DNA of 64,000 nucleotides from Heteronotia binoei (lineage: Eukaryota): NCBI RefSeq assembly GCF_032191835.1, contig NC_083225.1, positions 70,804,001 through 70,868,000 on the forward strand, given 5' to 3'. A model generated the notes under the pieces. The model ran no database searches, had not been told where the DNA came from, and was given only the letters and a program-made list of their open reading frames with translations. Positions 1-11,799 of this stretch are shown piece by piece; position 1 is the stretch's first letter; each line of letters begins with the position of its first letter. Position numbers and translations under genes: made by a program.

Positions 1-69
1 ACCCCCAAAGTCTCCTGGCTCCACCCCCAAAGTCCCCAGATATTTCTTGAATTGGACTTGGCAACCCTA
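1..69. mobile_element. Right end of a hAT (Tip100-like) MITE, cut by the window start
   Basis: Nearly identical to 62066-62133 and ~60130-60196 (ctcctggctccacccccaaagtccccagatatttcttgaattggacttggcaacccta); ends in TIR TGGCAACCCTA. Confidence 0.85.
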
Positions 70-487
70 TCCTGCACCCATACCCTACATCCTGACTGCA
101 TGTTGTATGACTGACAGCTATTTAGATCACTTTCTTAATTATGAGTGGTGCTATAATTCATTTCAACAATCATAATGTTATACATTTGCAAAGAGGCTGC
201 AGTTTGCACAGGATTTCACTTTTGGGGAGAGAATGAAGGGTTATTTCCTACAAGCCTGCTTATGACTTCTCAGAAAGAGTAAGCAAGACCACAAAATGGT
301 TTCTATATTTCAGTAAGAGGACAAAGAATGGAGATTGACTGAACAAGACTTCCCAGAAAGATGTTGTTACCATAGGCTTATAGCCTGCTGGCATCTCACC
401 GAAGAAGCCAACAAGATCAGACCTTTACACCATGGCCTGAGAGATCTGTTTTCCACCCTTCTAGCTTTTAAAAATCTTATAACATCC

Positions 488-570
488 AGCTTGATAAAGA
501 GTCTTTGTTCGGCTTGGAAGCTTACCCAATATTTTGAGCTACTTTGGTTGATCCAATAAAAGGTATAGCA
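488..570 (+). mobile_element. Penelope-like element terminal fragment
   Basis: cagcttgataaagag...gaagcttac...ttggttgatccaataaaaggtat resembles squamate PLE terminal repeats as I recall them; similar piece at ~56290-56370. Confidence 0.45.
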
Positions 571-1648
571 TGGATGTTGTTTTTGTTTTCCACAAAATTT
601 CAGTCTTGCTTTCTGGTGTATCTGAAGGCAATCTGAAGCAAATGGCCTTGATCTTTTAAAATCATAGCTGTGTTTATTGTGTACAGGTTTTGGCAAGGGG
701 TATGTTCCTTTTTAAAACTAGTGCATGGATTCCGGACATATATCATGTAAAATGACTTAACATGATAAGTGTTAGAGTTGAGCTGAGTAAATGATGCTGT
801 TTCATTTAAAAACTGTTTTCATATCCCTACATATGCAGAGATATTTCCTCTCAGATTCAGTTTATTCCTTACATATTTGCGGGTAGTGCAACATTCCCAG
901 CTAAGGTTGATTAATAAACTGGTATACTAGATATAGCCCTTCTACATTGCAGTGACAGATGGCTTCTGCAATCAATTTATCTGTGTTCTTGTTCAAGGAA
1001 CAACCATAGTTTGCCAAAATTGCTCTAAGCTCCAGTAGGTGTTAAAATGGGGGTTGGGAAGCAATGCCACTTCTGGATGTACCCAGAAGTGAAATCACAG
1101 CCTCCTAGAAATTCCCCAAATCTCTATGTTTTTTACCATCAAGTTTGGGAAATTCCTAGGGCATCATGATGCCACTTCCAGTTGTATCAACAACATTAGG
1201 CACAACATTGCTCTATCCTCATTTTTTGTTCCACTGTAATGTAGAGGCCAGCTGACACCCATGACTTGTCGCAAATGGGTGCCAGGGTGGTATATAACCT
1301 CAGCAACATTCTGAAGGATATTTGTAGAGAAGAACAATAAAACACATTCTTACTGTGTAGTTTCTCTTGATATATTCAAGAAATCATGGAATACCATCAC
1401 AAGTTGAACACATAAAGTTGCCTTCTTCTAGGGTGTTTTACATCTTACACTGTATGTGCATACTTTCATATGCACATATATACAGGTTTGTGTGGTGGTG
1501 CAAACACATTTGCATCCTGATTTTAAGTCCTGAGATCCATATTCTGGAAATCCAAAAATTTTACCACAAATACTCATATATGTTCAACTCATATACAGCT
1601 GTGGAAATTATTTGTTGGGTGTATACATATAGTCTATACATATACAAT

Positions 1649-1860
1649 GACAATAATAATAATAATAATAATAAATTTATTCTTATATTCCGCTCTCTTC
1701 CGCCGAAGCAGGCTCAGGGCGGCTCACATGACATGGTTTACACCATGATTACACTAAAATCCATCAATACATTAAAACAATTAAAATAGTTAGATACAAT
1801 TCAGATTAAGTTAATTAACAATTAAAATTTATCAAACATAAATTAAATTAAACATGATGA
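1649..1860 (-). mobile_element. L2 LINE 3'-end fragment with (aat)n tail
   Basis: Reverse complement contains gtgagccgccctgagcctgcttcggcggaagagagcggaatataagaataaa, matching the 3' end of the L2 at 40430-40480. Confidence 0.75.
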
Positions 1861-2512
1861 CAATGAATGGAAAGGGCTATAGTGTCCAATGGCTCAGTAC
1901 TCCAACTGTTAGAAATTGTTTCTCACAGGGAGAGGTTTCTTGGCTTCCTGTACCATACATGCAAAATGTATTCTGAGTCATTAAGCTATGTACCCTTCTT
2001 AAACAGCTTGAGATAATTTAACACTCCTCAAGTGGTATTCAGCCTTTCCAACTATTCTGAAGTGTGGTGGTCACACAAGATGTTATTTTTATGTTTTAAA
2101 AAAACCCAGCATCTCCCTTAAAACTACTTTTTCCCAGAACCTGACAACAAAAGGGAATGTGCTGTACTTCCATTGCCCTCAGAGGCAACTAGGGCAAAAT
2201 ACATCACATGCATTATTTATATTACCACATGGTACTGGAGTTGTTGGAGACAGATGACAGCTATAAAGCAAAGTCATCTGTGGATGCCTATTTAACTTGA
2301 CAGGTTCATTAAATCTGTGGGCCTGTACAAAACAACATATAAATAAAAAGTAATAGAATTCTGAAACATTAGACAGAAGATTAAGCAACACTATAAAAAT
2401 GGAATATTATGCTAGTGAGGTCTATAAATGGTAATAGATTATCTGGAATATCTAGACAAATGGTACAATGAAGAATAAATAAGTGTGGTAAATTTAGTTT
2501 GTATGATAAAGA

Positions 2513-2575
2513 TAGGGTTGCCAGGTCCAACTCAGAAAATATTTTGGGACTTTGGGGGTGGAGCCAGGAGACTCC
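2513..2575. mobile_element. Truncated hAT MITE end
   Basis: Starts TAGGGTTGCCA followed by gggactttgggggtggagccaggaga, the same family as 45170-45965. Confidence 0.7.
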
Positions 2576-2744
2576 CATTCCCTAAAATAAATAAGTTAGA
2601 ATACAGAAGTGCAGGTTCCCTGAATGCCATCTTCATTTCCTCATCCACCAGCAACTAAACTTCCACTGAATGAAAGTGAACACATACACTCTCACAAAGC
2701 AGCCAAAATAAACACAGCAAACACACACCAATTTAATAGTCTGG

Positions 2745-2918
2745 TTTTTTTGTTTTAATTGTTTTAACTGTTTTAATCATTGTTATTTATTACCAAATTA
2801 ATTTTAATTGTTAATTAATTTAATTAATTTTATTGTTTCTGGAATTTTATGCTGTAAGCCGCCCTGAGCCTGCTTCGGAGGGGAGGGTGGGGTATAAATC
2901 AAATAAATAAATAAATAA
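2745..2918 (+). mobile_element. L2 LINE 3'-end fragment with (aaat)n tail
   Basis: gctgtaagccgccctgagcctgcttcggagggagggtggggtataaatc(aaat)n matches the L2 3' terminus. Confidence 0.75.
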
Positions 2919-3032
2919 TCCAGATCACAGAACTCATTTGCACTCCTGTTGCATTTGAGCTGTTACCTTCAAAGTATTATATTTGCAGGGCTTGCTTTAA
3001 AAGTACATAGTGCTTTATCTCTATCCCAGGCC

Positions 3033-3614
3033 TGAAGTGGCCTGGAACAATGGACAATAGGCCTCTATTAAGAGTCCTTTCTAAGCATAATATATATATG
3101 AAAGAAAACACATTTCCCTAGACAGAGAACATTATCAGAGGTCTGTTAGCATCCTTTGATAAGGGAAGCGTTCTCCCTGCCTCAAGGAAAGACCTCCTAG
3201 TCTGAAAGGAGCCATCTCGCCCACGCAGTATAGATTGTACTTACTGACACATCCTCTGGAACGAAACCAGAAACCGGGATGCCAGGAAGACAGGAGACTG
3301 GGAGCAGAGAACAAAGAACTCCCTAAGGAATTACCTCACCCTGGTAGAGACGGGTTTAAGCCAATGAGACACCACACAAGGCTAAGAGCCAGGATTTGTA
3401 ACCAATCAACGAGACCTGCTTTGTTATCAGAAATCGTATAAATATGCTATGTTTGTAAAGATGGGTTTGAGGGAAAATGCAGGCGAAATGGTGGTATAGA
3501 GAGATATGGGTTTTCCTCCTGCCACTAGTGGTAATAAAGGAATCTCTGGATCAACTCACTTGAAACTCTGGCTGTTGAGTCTCTTAATTTGGGTTGGAGG
3601 GACTCAACTCTCAG
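3033..3614 (+). mobile_element. Putative ERV-like solo LTR
   Basis: Ordered U3-R-U5-like signals: two CCAAT boxes (~3362, ~3403), TATAAATA (~3437), AATAAA (~3533), ending ...ctctcagCA. No convincing TSD found; the left boundary is uncertain. Confidence 0.45.
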
Positions 3615-3799
3615 CACAGATGGTGTGTGCAACAAGAGTAGAGATAGTGACAAGTTTCTACCTACATCACTAGCTGAGAGAGAAAGACAGACAAGAAATG
3701 ATGCTTATCAGGAAAGAAGCTGCTGACCCAGCTATCCTAGCTAAATGGCCTTTCCTCTTTTGCCTCCCACAGGCTCTTCTTTTCTTCTTTTACTTACTC

Positions 3800-3990
3800 C
3801 AACACTGTTAAGTCACAACCAATTTATAGTGACCCTAGTAAGGGGTTGTAAAGGCAATTGAGAAACAGATGTGATTTACCATTGCCTTTCTCTGAAGAGT
3901 CTTCCTTGGTGGTCTCTCATCCAAGTACCAACCATGCTTAGCTTCTGAGATCTGACAAAATCAGGCTATATCACACCACCTTGCCTCCCA
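3800..3990 (-). mobile_element. 5S rRNA-derived SINE (5S-Sauria-like)
   Basis: Reverse complement gcctgattttgtcagatctcagaagctaagcatggttggtacttggatgagagaccacc aligns to the 5S rRNA internal control region; it is followed by a Sauria-like body (aaggcaatggtaaatcac) and an RTE-like tail (gggtcactataaattggttgtgactt). Confidence 0.75.
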
Positions 3991-4534
3991 AGAGCTAACT
4001 AATACTAAATATATATACCTTGACAAAACTTGTATTTATTATTGTTAAAAATAATAAAGCTCAAAACCCCAACAGACAAAAGACAAGTCCCTATCCCAAG
4101 AAGCTTACAATATAAATACTAACAAAGAGTTAGAGAGAAAAGATCACAAGATTAAGAGAAGGCAGGTGCAAGAAAGGGTGGCTATGGCTGAATGCAGCTA
4201 CATGCAATTGGTCTTCATTTTGACTAGTATGCAGACTAGGAGTTAAAATAAACATGTCAAAGAGAGAGAGATTTTTTTTTAACCTGGTATTTGAAGAGGG
4301 GAAGAGAAAGATCAATCCATTTAGCAATCTGATGTCCTTAGTGGTTGGACTGAAGAATGTATTTCCTGTAGCCTAAAACACAAAACTCTGATGTAAATAA
4401 AGATAATTATGCTTTGCTTTCAAAGATGGATGCTAACAATTCCATTATTACTTTGTCCTGATGGACCCTGCCTTAGAGGAAAAAACTACCCCATCTGCAT
4501 TTCATCTTTAGCTTTGGGAGTGGGGTAGAGTTAC

Positions 4535-5588
4535 CAATCTCCTGGTGGTGGCTGGATATCGCCTGTTATTACAACTGATTTCCAGGCAACAGAGATCAGT
4601 TCATCTGGAGAAAACAGACACGTGGAAGGTAGACTCCTGGCATTCTACTCCTTTGAAGTCCCTTCCCTTCCCAAACCTCACCCTCCTAAGGCTCTACCCC
4701 AGATCTTCAGGTATTTCCTAACCCAGGTGTGTCAAATTCATCTGTTAGGAGGGCCAGATCTGACACAAAGGGACTTTGACAGGCCATTAGTGTCATAAAA
4801 TAGAATGTCAGGTAGTGGAGATATAAACTTTATAATGAACACAGACAAACACAATTAAAGATATTATTTTTAAAAAATGTAAAATACAAACATTCTTAAA
4901 ACTCTTCCAATATTTTGTTTAAGTTGGAAAGGTGGGGGAATAGTGGGATTTGGCAGTGCAATTTTTAAAATAAACATCAAGAAAAAGTACAAGGATCTGA
5001 CTGTGGAAACAATGAAATGGCATTGTAAGCTTCTCCCCCTCATCCCCCCTCCCCCCGGAATACTCAGATTGGCAATGGCTTTCCAGTATAATATCCCCCT
5101 TTGGCTATTGGTTCACACATTAGAGTACTCACTAAATTAGGTCCATTCTGCAGAGATAAACTGGCTGAAAGCATCAACCCTTTGTTTGCAAGAACACAAC
5201 TCCGGGAAGCTTGAGTTTCGGCTGGCTATAGGAACCCTAAAAATTTAACCATCTCCACTCCATTTGAAACCATTGCAGACAAAGCTGCAAGGAAAACGTG
5301 GAATTGACCTTAAATCCACCCCACGTTTTCCTTGCAGCAGCCAGCAAAGACAAGCAGGAAGAACCAGGGAACTGAGCCTGGGAGCATCAAAGGGTACCAT
5401 AGAGTTCAAAGAGCCTTTGAAGCTCCCAGGCTGAAACTGAAAGAGACTTAGTCTCAGAGGATAAGGACAAAAGAGAGAGGAGGGGAGAGAAAAGAACCCC
5501 ACGGGCCTGATTAAAGCCCTGGGTGGATCAGTCTGGCCTGTGGGCCGGTTGTTTGACACCCCTGTCCAAACCCAAAGCTAGCAATCTT
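4535..5588. mobile_element. hAT (Tip100-like) MITE interrupted by a second hAT element
   Basis: tagagttaccaatctcctggtggtggctgg... runs to 4723 and resumes after 5572 as caaagctagcaatctta (degenerate TIR); related copy on the opposite strand at ~41383-41525. Confidence 0.65.
4724..5564. mobile_element. hAT (Charlie-like) non-autonomous DNA transposon
   Basis: TIRs CAGGTGTGTCAAA...TTTGACACCCCTG; 8-bp TSD tcctaacc/tccaaacc (1 mismatch). Confidence 0.8.
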
Positions 5589-5749
5589 AATGTGGGGTGT
5601 GTTACCATGAACCCCCTTCCTACCTAGATGTGTGCTGTTTGCCCTGATTCCATCCTGGCTAAATTTGCCTTGGTAGCCATGTTAGGAGCTATCAACACCT
5701 TACTTTGGAAAAGGGAAGTCAAGGCTGTCCTCAGGCTATGTTAATGAGT

Positions 5750-6435
5750 GTCCATAGGAAATCAATGGGCAGTAGAACTATGAAACAATTATTCAAATAT
5801 TCAAAATGTGCATGCAGTCATTCATATATATATTTGTTATATTATTCACAATAGCTTGTGACAAGGCATAATGGAAAGGACTGAAGCTGGTGCTGTGATA
5901 TAAATTTCAAAAAGTTCCAATCATAAGAAGTGATCAATCAAAAAAAAAAACACATTGAGAATCTGGACACATGTCTCCTTGTCTTTTTCTGGGGACACTT
6001 GACAACTGGAACACCTACAGTGTGATTAGAAGGATTTTTGTATCGTTTGGTGCCTTTGGTTATTTGGAAAACTGATTTGTGAACTACTTATTAAGATTTG
6101 TGCAGTTTGTGAATTTCTTCCAGGAGCACTTGGTAACTAGAACTAGAATTTGACTAGAAGGATTTTTTGATAGTTTTGGTGCCTTTGTTTTACCTGGAAA
6201 ATATTTTGTGAATTGCTTATTGAAAATTGTGCAGCTTGGGATTCTTGTTGTTTTACATGTACTGCACCTTTAAATAAGTCATTGTGCTTTAGTATATGTT
6301 GTGCCTGGCTCTTGCTGTGAGCCATTGTGAATAAATATCAAATACATATATGAATGCTTGATTGCACATTTTGCTTGATTGAACATTTTGAATATTTGAA
6401 TAATTGTTTGACAGTTTTACTCCCCAGTGGTTTTT
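5750..6435. repeat. Old element with long (~110-120 bp) terminal inverted repeats
   Basis: aaacaattattcaaatattcaaaatgt (~5783-5809) is the reverse complement of acattttgaatatttgaataattgttt (~6380-6408); the similarity extends inward and outward; diverged internal tandem units. Confidence 0.6.
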
Positions 6436-7100
6436 CTTTCCTGTCTGGTATTCACACTGGGGAATCCCTTTATTTTGGTTTATGTTAATGAGTGGCCAAA
6501 ATAGTAGGTGGCAGGCTGATTCACTGATAGGACATCTGCATGCCTACTCATTGCCACAGGAGCTTGCAAAGCCAGGCACCAGTGCAATTACATCAGTAAA
6601 TGCAAGTCTTCTAGAGTGCAAAATCAAATTACTATCAAGCAGCCAAATGAACTCATTACCTTTTGCTGCTCATCCCAGACTGTCTCCTAGCCTACTAGCC
6701 TGCTCCAGGCATGGGGGAAGCCTCCACCCTACCATCCCTTTTGCCCACTATGCCTAGATGCAATCTCCTTTTGCCACTTTTCTTTTTGTCCTTTTTGTCA
6801 AGGGCAAGCAAAAAACCTTCACCCAGCCAGCCCTTTTGTCCACCCTGCCAGATGCCATCTCTTTTAATCTATTTTAAACAGTCAGAGTCAGGAAATTCAT
6901 AGATCCTCATCCTGGACTCACCTTGAATTCCTGGACCATATGTCTTTGAATATCTTTTTTTTGTGTAGGCTTCTGTAAGTATACTGGTCTACCAGCCAAA
7001 ACTGTGTAGTCACATCCTAGCTACTTAAACAGGCTTCTAACTTCATTTTTTTTTTTCTGGGACTTTGGGACATTTTCCTTACCACACAGGAGCACCCCTC

Positions 7101-7384
7101 GAGCCAGTTTGGTGTAGTGATTAAGTGCATGCACTCTTATCTGGGAGAACCGGGTTTGATTCCCCACTCCTCCACTTGCACCTGCTGGAATGGCCTTGAG
7201 TTAGCCATAGCTCTGGCAGAGGTTGTCCCTGAAAGGGCAGCTGCTGTGAGAGTCCGCTCAGCCCCACCCACCTCACAGGTGTTTGTTGTGGAGGAGGAAG
7301 ATAAAGGAGATTGTGAGCCTCTCTGAGACTCTGAGATTCCGAGTGGAGGGCAGGATATAAATCCAATATCGTCATCTTCTTCTC
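7101..7384 (+). mobile_element. tRNA-derived SINE (Squam2/Anolis-SINE2-like)
   Basis: A box tggtgtagtgattaag, B box gggtttgattccc, and an L2-like tail gtgagcctctctgag...gagggcaggatataaatccaatatcgtcatcttcttct. Confidence 0.8.
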
Positions 7385-7965
7385 TACTGCCATACCTTAT
7401 TTTTCTCTTGAGATGTTTGGAAGTTCTGCCTAAAGCCCCTATTCTCAACTTGTCAATCACTGAACAGGCAACATATTAGACGTTCTGGTGGTTTTGGTTT
7501 CCTGGTACTTGAAGCTTCAGAGAAAAAGAAATGGAGGAGATGGAAATATTTATGTCTTTAGTCATGTGTGTTGGGGAAGGTTAACAGAAGCCTGTTGCCC
7601 CAGTAGTAGAAGTTAAATTGATTTTGGTGTCCTGAGATCTGCTTTAGAGAAAAAGTTATTGAGGACATGGGAATATGTATGTCTTTAGTCTTTTTTGGGG
7701 GGGGGGGGTCTTTTTTGGTACATGGGGGAGGAGACAAAGCTGGTTCCCCAAATATAGAAAATGAGGTTATTCTGCTGTCCTGGACCCTACTTCAATCAAA
7801 CAAATACTCCCATATTTTCAGACCAGGCCATCCAACAAGCTTGTGAATTTCTACCAGGAGCACTTGGTAACTAGAACTAGAATTTGATTAGAAGGATTTT
7901 TTGATAGTTTTGATAGTTCACTCTAGACTGTGAGATCCATTTGGAGATTCATACTAACTACCCAG

Positions 7966-8115
7966 GTATATGAGTGGTGTAGTTGTTAGAGTGTTGGTCC
8001 AAGATTGCGGGGACCATAATCCCAATCCCCATTTAGTTATGAAGCACACTGTATGACCTTGGGCCAGTCACACATTCTCAGCCTAACCTAACTCACAGAG
8101 TAATTGTGAGGGAAA
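7966..8115 (+). mobile_element. Degenerate tRNA-derived SINE
   Basis: gtggtgtagttgttagagtgttgg...tgaccttgggccagtcacacattctcagcctaacctaactcacag. Confidence 0.6.
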
Positions 8116-8447
8116 GAGAGGGAAAAAGAGAGGGGGGGGGGAATAAATATTTACTCTAATTGTCTCAGTAAAGGTGTTCATCATATCTTTTCTCTAATAC
8201 AGAGTCCTCTTTCTTTAACTGAGATTCAGACTATTATTAGTGGAATATATATATAGCGAGAGAGATTCCACTCATTATAGTCTGAATCTCAGTTAAAGAA
8301 AGTCTGAATCTCAGTTAAAGTTTTATATATATACATACACACACACACACACACACATACATACATATATAAAACCCTCCCCCCTCCCCCCAGAAACTGA
8401 GAAGTCTTTACCACTGCTTTAAAGTAAGATGAAAGAAGGGCTGAGAG

Positions 8448-8725
8448 TAGGGCTGCCAAGCCCCTGGGCTGGGTGGGGGTTCTCCCACCCTGGAGCTTCC
8501 CAACCCACCAACCCAACCTACCGGCCCACCCAGAAGTGACATCATCATGCCAGTGATGTTGCTCACCAGCCTCTCTAGGCATTTCCAGGAAAACTCTATG
8601 TTTTTCCCAGACACTCTAGTGATTTGGGAGGGAAAACTCTATGGTACAATAGGTACCCTATGGTACTCTATGGAAAACTCTATGGTACAATAGTGCCTGA
8701 CACTGCGGGGGACTTGGAAACCCTA
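8448..8725. mobile_element. hAT MITE
   Basis: TIRs TAGGGCTGCCAAG...CTTGGAAACCCTA; TSD gctgagag/gcagagag; three internal ggaaaactctatg repeats. Confidence 0.8.
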
Positions 8726-8767
8726 GCAGAGAGAAGTAATGCACTGTTGCCAAGGTGGCAGATGATC

Positions 8768-9440
8768 TGTCATGACCTGAGGCCTAGTGCAGCCTAGAGG
8801 ACAGGGAGAAGCCCACTTAGGAGTAGTTACAGGGCCCTACATCTCCCAGGATTCCTTCTGTCCCTCTGGTTGGGTGAAGAGGTTTTGGAGGGGAAAACTA
8901 GGCCAAGAGGGACGGGATACGGTTGCCAAGTCCATCTCTCTCTGCTGTTCCAGTGAGGGACTCTATTCACACACATGCTATACACACATAGCATGATGAC
9001 ATCACCTGGAAGTGATGTCATCACTCCAGGCATGTCGCAACATGAACGCTCTAGAATTTGCAGTAAAACCTTCTACTAGTATTTGCAGTTTTACCTTCTA
9101 TTAGTACCATAGCGTTTTACCACAAATCCTAGAGCATCCACAGCGTGATGTGCCTGGCGCAATGACATCATGTCCAGTGACATCATCAAGTGAGGCACGT
9201 TGCATGGCAACAGGGCTGTTTGAGCACTGTAAATAATGTATTTATTTTATTAAATTTAATAAATAAACTTGGTTTAATTGCCTAGGTCCTCACATCTCCT
9301 TGGTCATGGGTAAAAGGTTTTGCTAAAAAGGAAGATACAAGGTTGGTTGTTTGGGTACTCTGGGCTCTCCCTTACAGACTCTTACCAGAGTAGCGGCAGC
9401 CAGTAGAAGGTCCTTCCTGGTGCCCCCCTGCTGTGTGACA
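8768..9440 (+). mobile_element. Solo LTR (Gypsy-like) with a nested hAT-type MITE at ~8919-9210
   Basis: Termini TGTCA...TGACA, 5-bp TSD tgatc/ggatc, AATAAA at ~9259; the inner insert carries ggttgccaag and gacatca/tgatgtc motifs of the hAT family. Confidence 0.6.
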
Positions 9441-9479
9441 GGATCGGAGCACAAGTGACAGTTTTAGCTAAAGGGGCAA

Positions 9480-9920
9480 AAAAGAAAGGGAAGATTATTA
9501 TTATATTGTTGTGGAAGAAGCAATGAGATTCAGTGATAGATAGAAAAATTGTAACAAATATGAAAGTGCAATCAAATCAAAGATAGCAAGGCAACAAGTC
9601 TGTTTCACAGAGTGAATAGTGGTGTCAAATTGTACTTTTGAGGTGTAGATAGATAATGAACAGGTTTGAGAACCAATTTGCTTTTTACTGTCATACTTGA
9701 ATTGGCATGCAAGTGGAAATCTAATGAAGTTTCAAATGCAGAGTGGATTAGGAGACTGTATGGAACACTCTACTTTTAGTAAAATTGATTCATCTAGTTA
9801 GATGTCCAAATAAGGAATCAATAGAAAGTGTAGATGCGTTCAACGAAAATGGCTATCTATGATGCATTACTCTTCCAATGCTTTCAGAGAAAATGCAATA
9901 GAAGGACTAAGAAATGGTTA
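9480..9920 (-). mobile_element. Ancient, highly decayed L2 RT fragment (further L2-like decay at ~10880-11570)
   Basis: Reverse complement near 9820-9860 resembles a degenerate YH.YADDT.LYLS coding region; weak by-eye alignment only. Confidence 0.3.
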
Positions 9921-10199
9921 GTTTGCACAATTTGTATGTTCTTTTGTGTAGATGTCAGATTTCTTAAAAGCAAAACATCAGAAATATTGCTTAAAAGCAC
10001 AAATAGAAAATAAACACATATTTTAAAACCTCACTGACAACCCTTGCCCCACTTCCACACAAATCCATCCAAGTAGCCCCAAATTCACCCAAGTAGCTCC
10101 TTGGCCAAGCAGAGATTTGAACCTAGGTCCTCTGCAGCCAAACCAAGCACTTTAAGTAAAAACATAATATAATAAAATATGATGGAATAGCCATGATCA

Positions 10200-10320
10200 G
10201 GGCTTTCTTTTAGCAGGAATGCACAGGAACACAGTTCTGGCTGGCCTGTTGTCAGGGGGTGTGACCTAATATGCAAATGAGTTCTTGCTGGGATTTTTCT
10301 ACAAAAAAAAAAAAGCCCTG
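10200..10320. mobile_element. hAT MITE carrying an octamer motif
   Basis: Ends CAGGGCTTT...AAAGCCCTG; internal taatatgcaaatgag; same family as 52245-52438. Confidence 0.6.
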
Positions 10321-11799
10321 ACCATGATGGAATAAAATGTAAGTCTTCAGGTCCAAAACCACAACTCCACGTCATATTCACTTTTTCCCTCACTAAGTGT
10401 AGCCATAGAACATGTGCTATTATGATGATGCATGGAGCAAAGGTGGGCAATGCACAATATAATGCTGATGGTGTACAGAAGAGGGTGTGTGAAATGGGAC
10501 TGTCATTGCAGCAACAGTCTGTTGTTCTCTGTCACATCCAGCCATAACTTACTGGCTCACAAATATGTTTGTAAAATTGCTGCTGACAGTGTAGAATTTG
10601 TCATTATAGGCATTTTAATGAACACTTAAAACTTTGTGTACAATTCCCAAAGCTGGCCAGTGTTAAACCACTTCTGTTTTCTCCCAGTTTGCTTCCTTCA
10701 CCATCATTTGGATTCATGCCTCTGCTCTAAGCAGACTCCTCAGACATTTATTTGCTGTATCAAGCCTGCTAATGACTAGTACCAGGTTTTCTTGGATATG
10801 GTGGTAAAAAATGGTTCTTTTAATTCCTGCATTCCATCAATTTCTCAGCTGCAAGTTTATTCATACTGCATCAGTTATATCCCATTTGGTGAGCTGAACT
10901 GCTTTCTTAAAGACATAAGAAGAAAATCTAATGAATACCTAAGAGAAGAATATTCTCTACCTAAGGAGCTGGGACAGAGAGAGTTCACAGCAGAGAAATA
11001 ATGGATATTCAATGAGAAGATTAATATTTGATGAATAGAGGGAATAACTAATACCATGAAGGTAAATAAAGGGCAAGATCTTAAGCACAGAAGAGAAATA
11101 TGGAATGTGATTTAAAAACACAATATAAATAAAACAAGTGGTAGTATTTATTTGAAACAGTTCTATATCATCCTATCTCCACAGATTCAGTTGAGAATAA
11201 ACTGTGTGCATGGGGAATGGTGATGAGTAACACATTCCAGTAATCAATACAGAATGAGATGAGAGTTTGAATAACAGATTTGGACTACGCAAATAAGCAA
11301 AGATGCTTTTTCAAACTACCATGGAGAAAAGAATCATTAGAGTGAGTTTTCTTAGAGTAGTAATGCAAACTTGGAAAGAATAAAAATATTCCAAACTCTT
11401 AATCTGCTGAGAAAATTAAAGAGAGACAGTTACTAACAGGGAGATTTAGAGTGAAGATTATGGTGAAGGTGAAAAAAAAGACTATGGGGGAAATACAAGA
11501 AATTCTGTCTTTGGGTTACTTGAGTTTAAGGTAATCTCAATTCCAAGCAGAAAGAAAGGCAAGGCAGCTATAAATATCAGTGAGAAGTATGGAAACAAAG
11601 CTAAAACACCAGGGTTTTTTTCCCTCTACTTCCTTGCTGCTCCCTCTCCATTTCTTCTCCCCACTTCCCGCTCTCATTTATCACCTATCTCACCTGATGT
11701 ACTAAATTTTAATTTAAATAGAAAAAAACTTTTATGTTGGTGATATATTGATGTTTGTGACTTAGTGATTAGAAGATAAGCTATTTCTCATTTATACTA

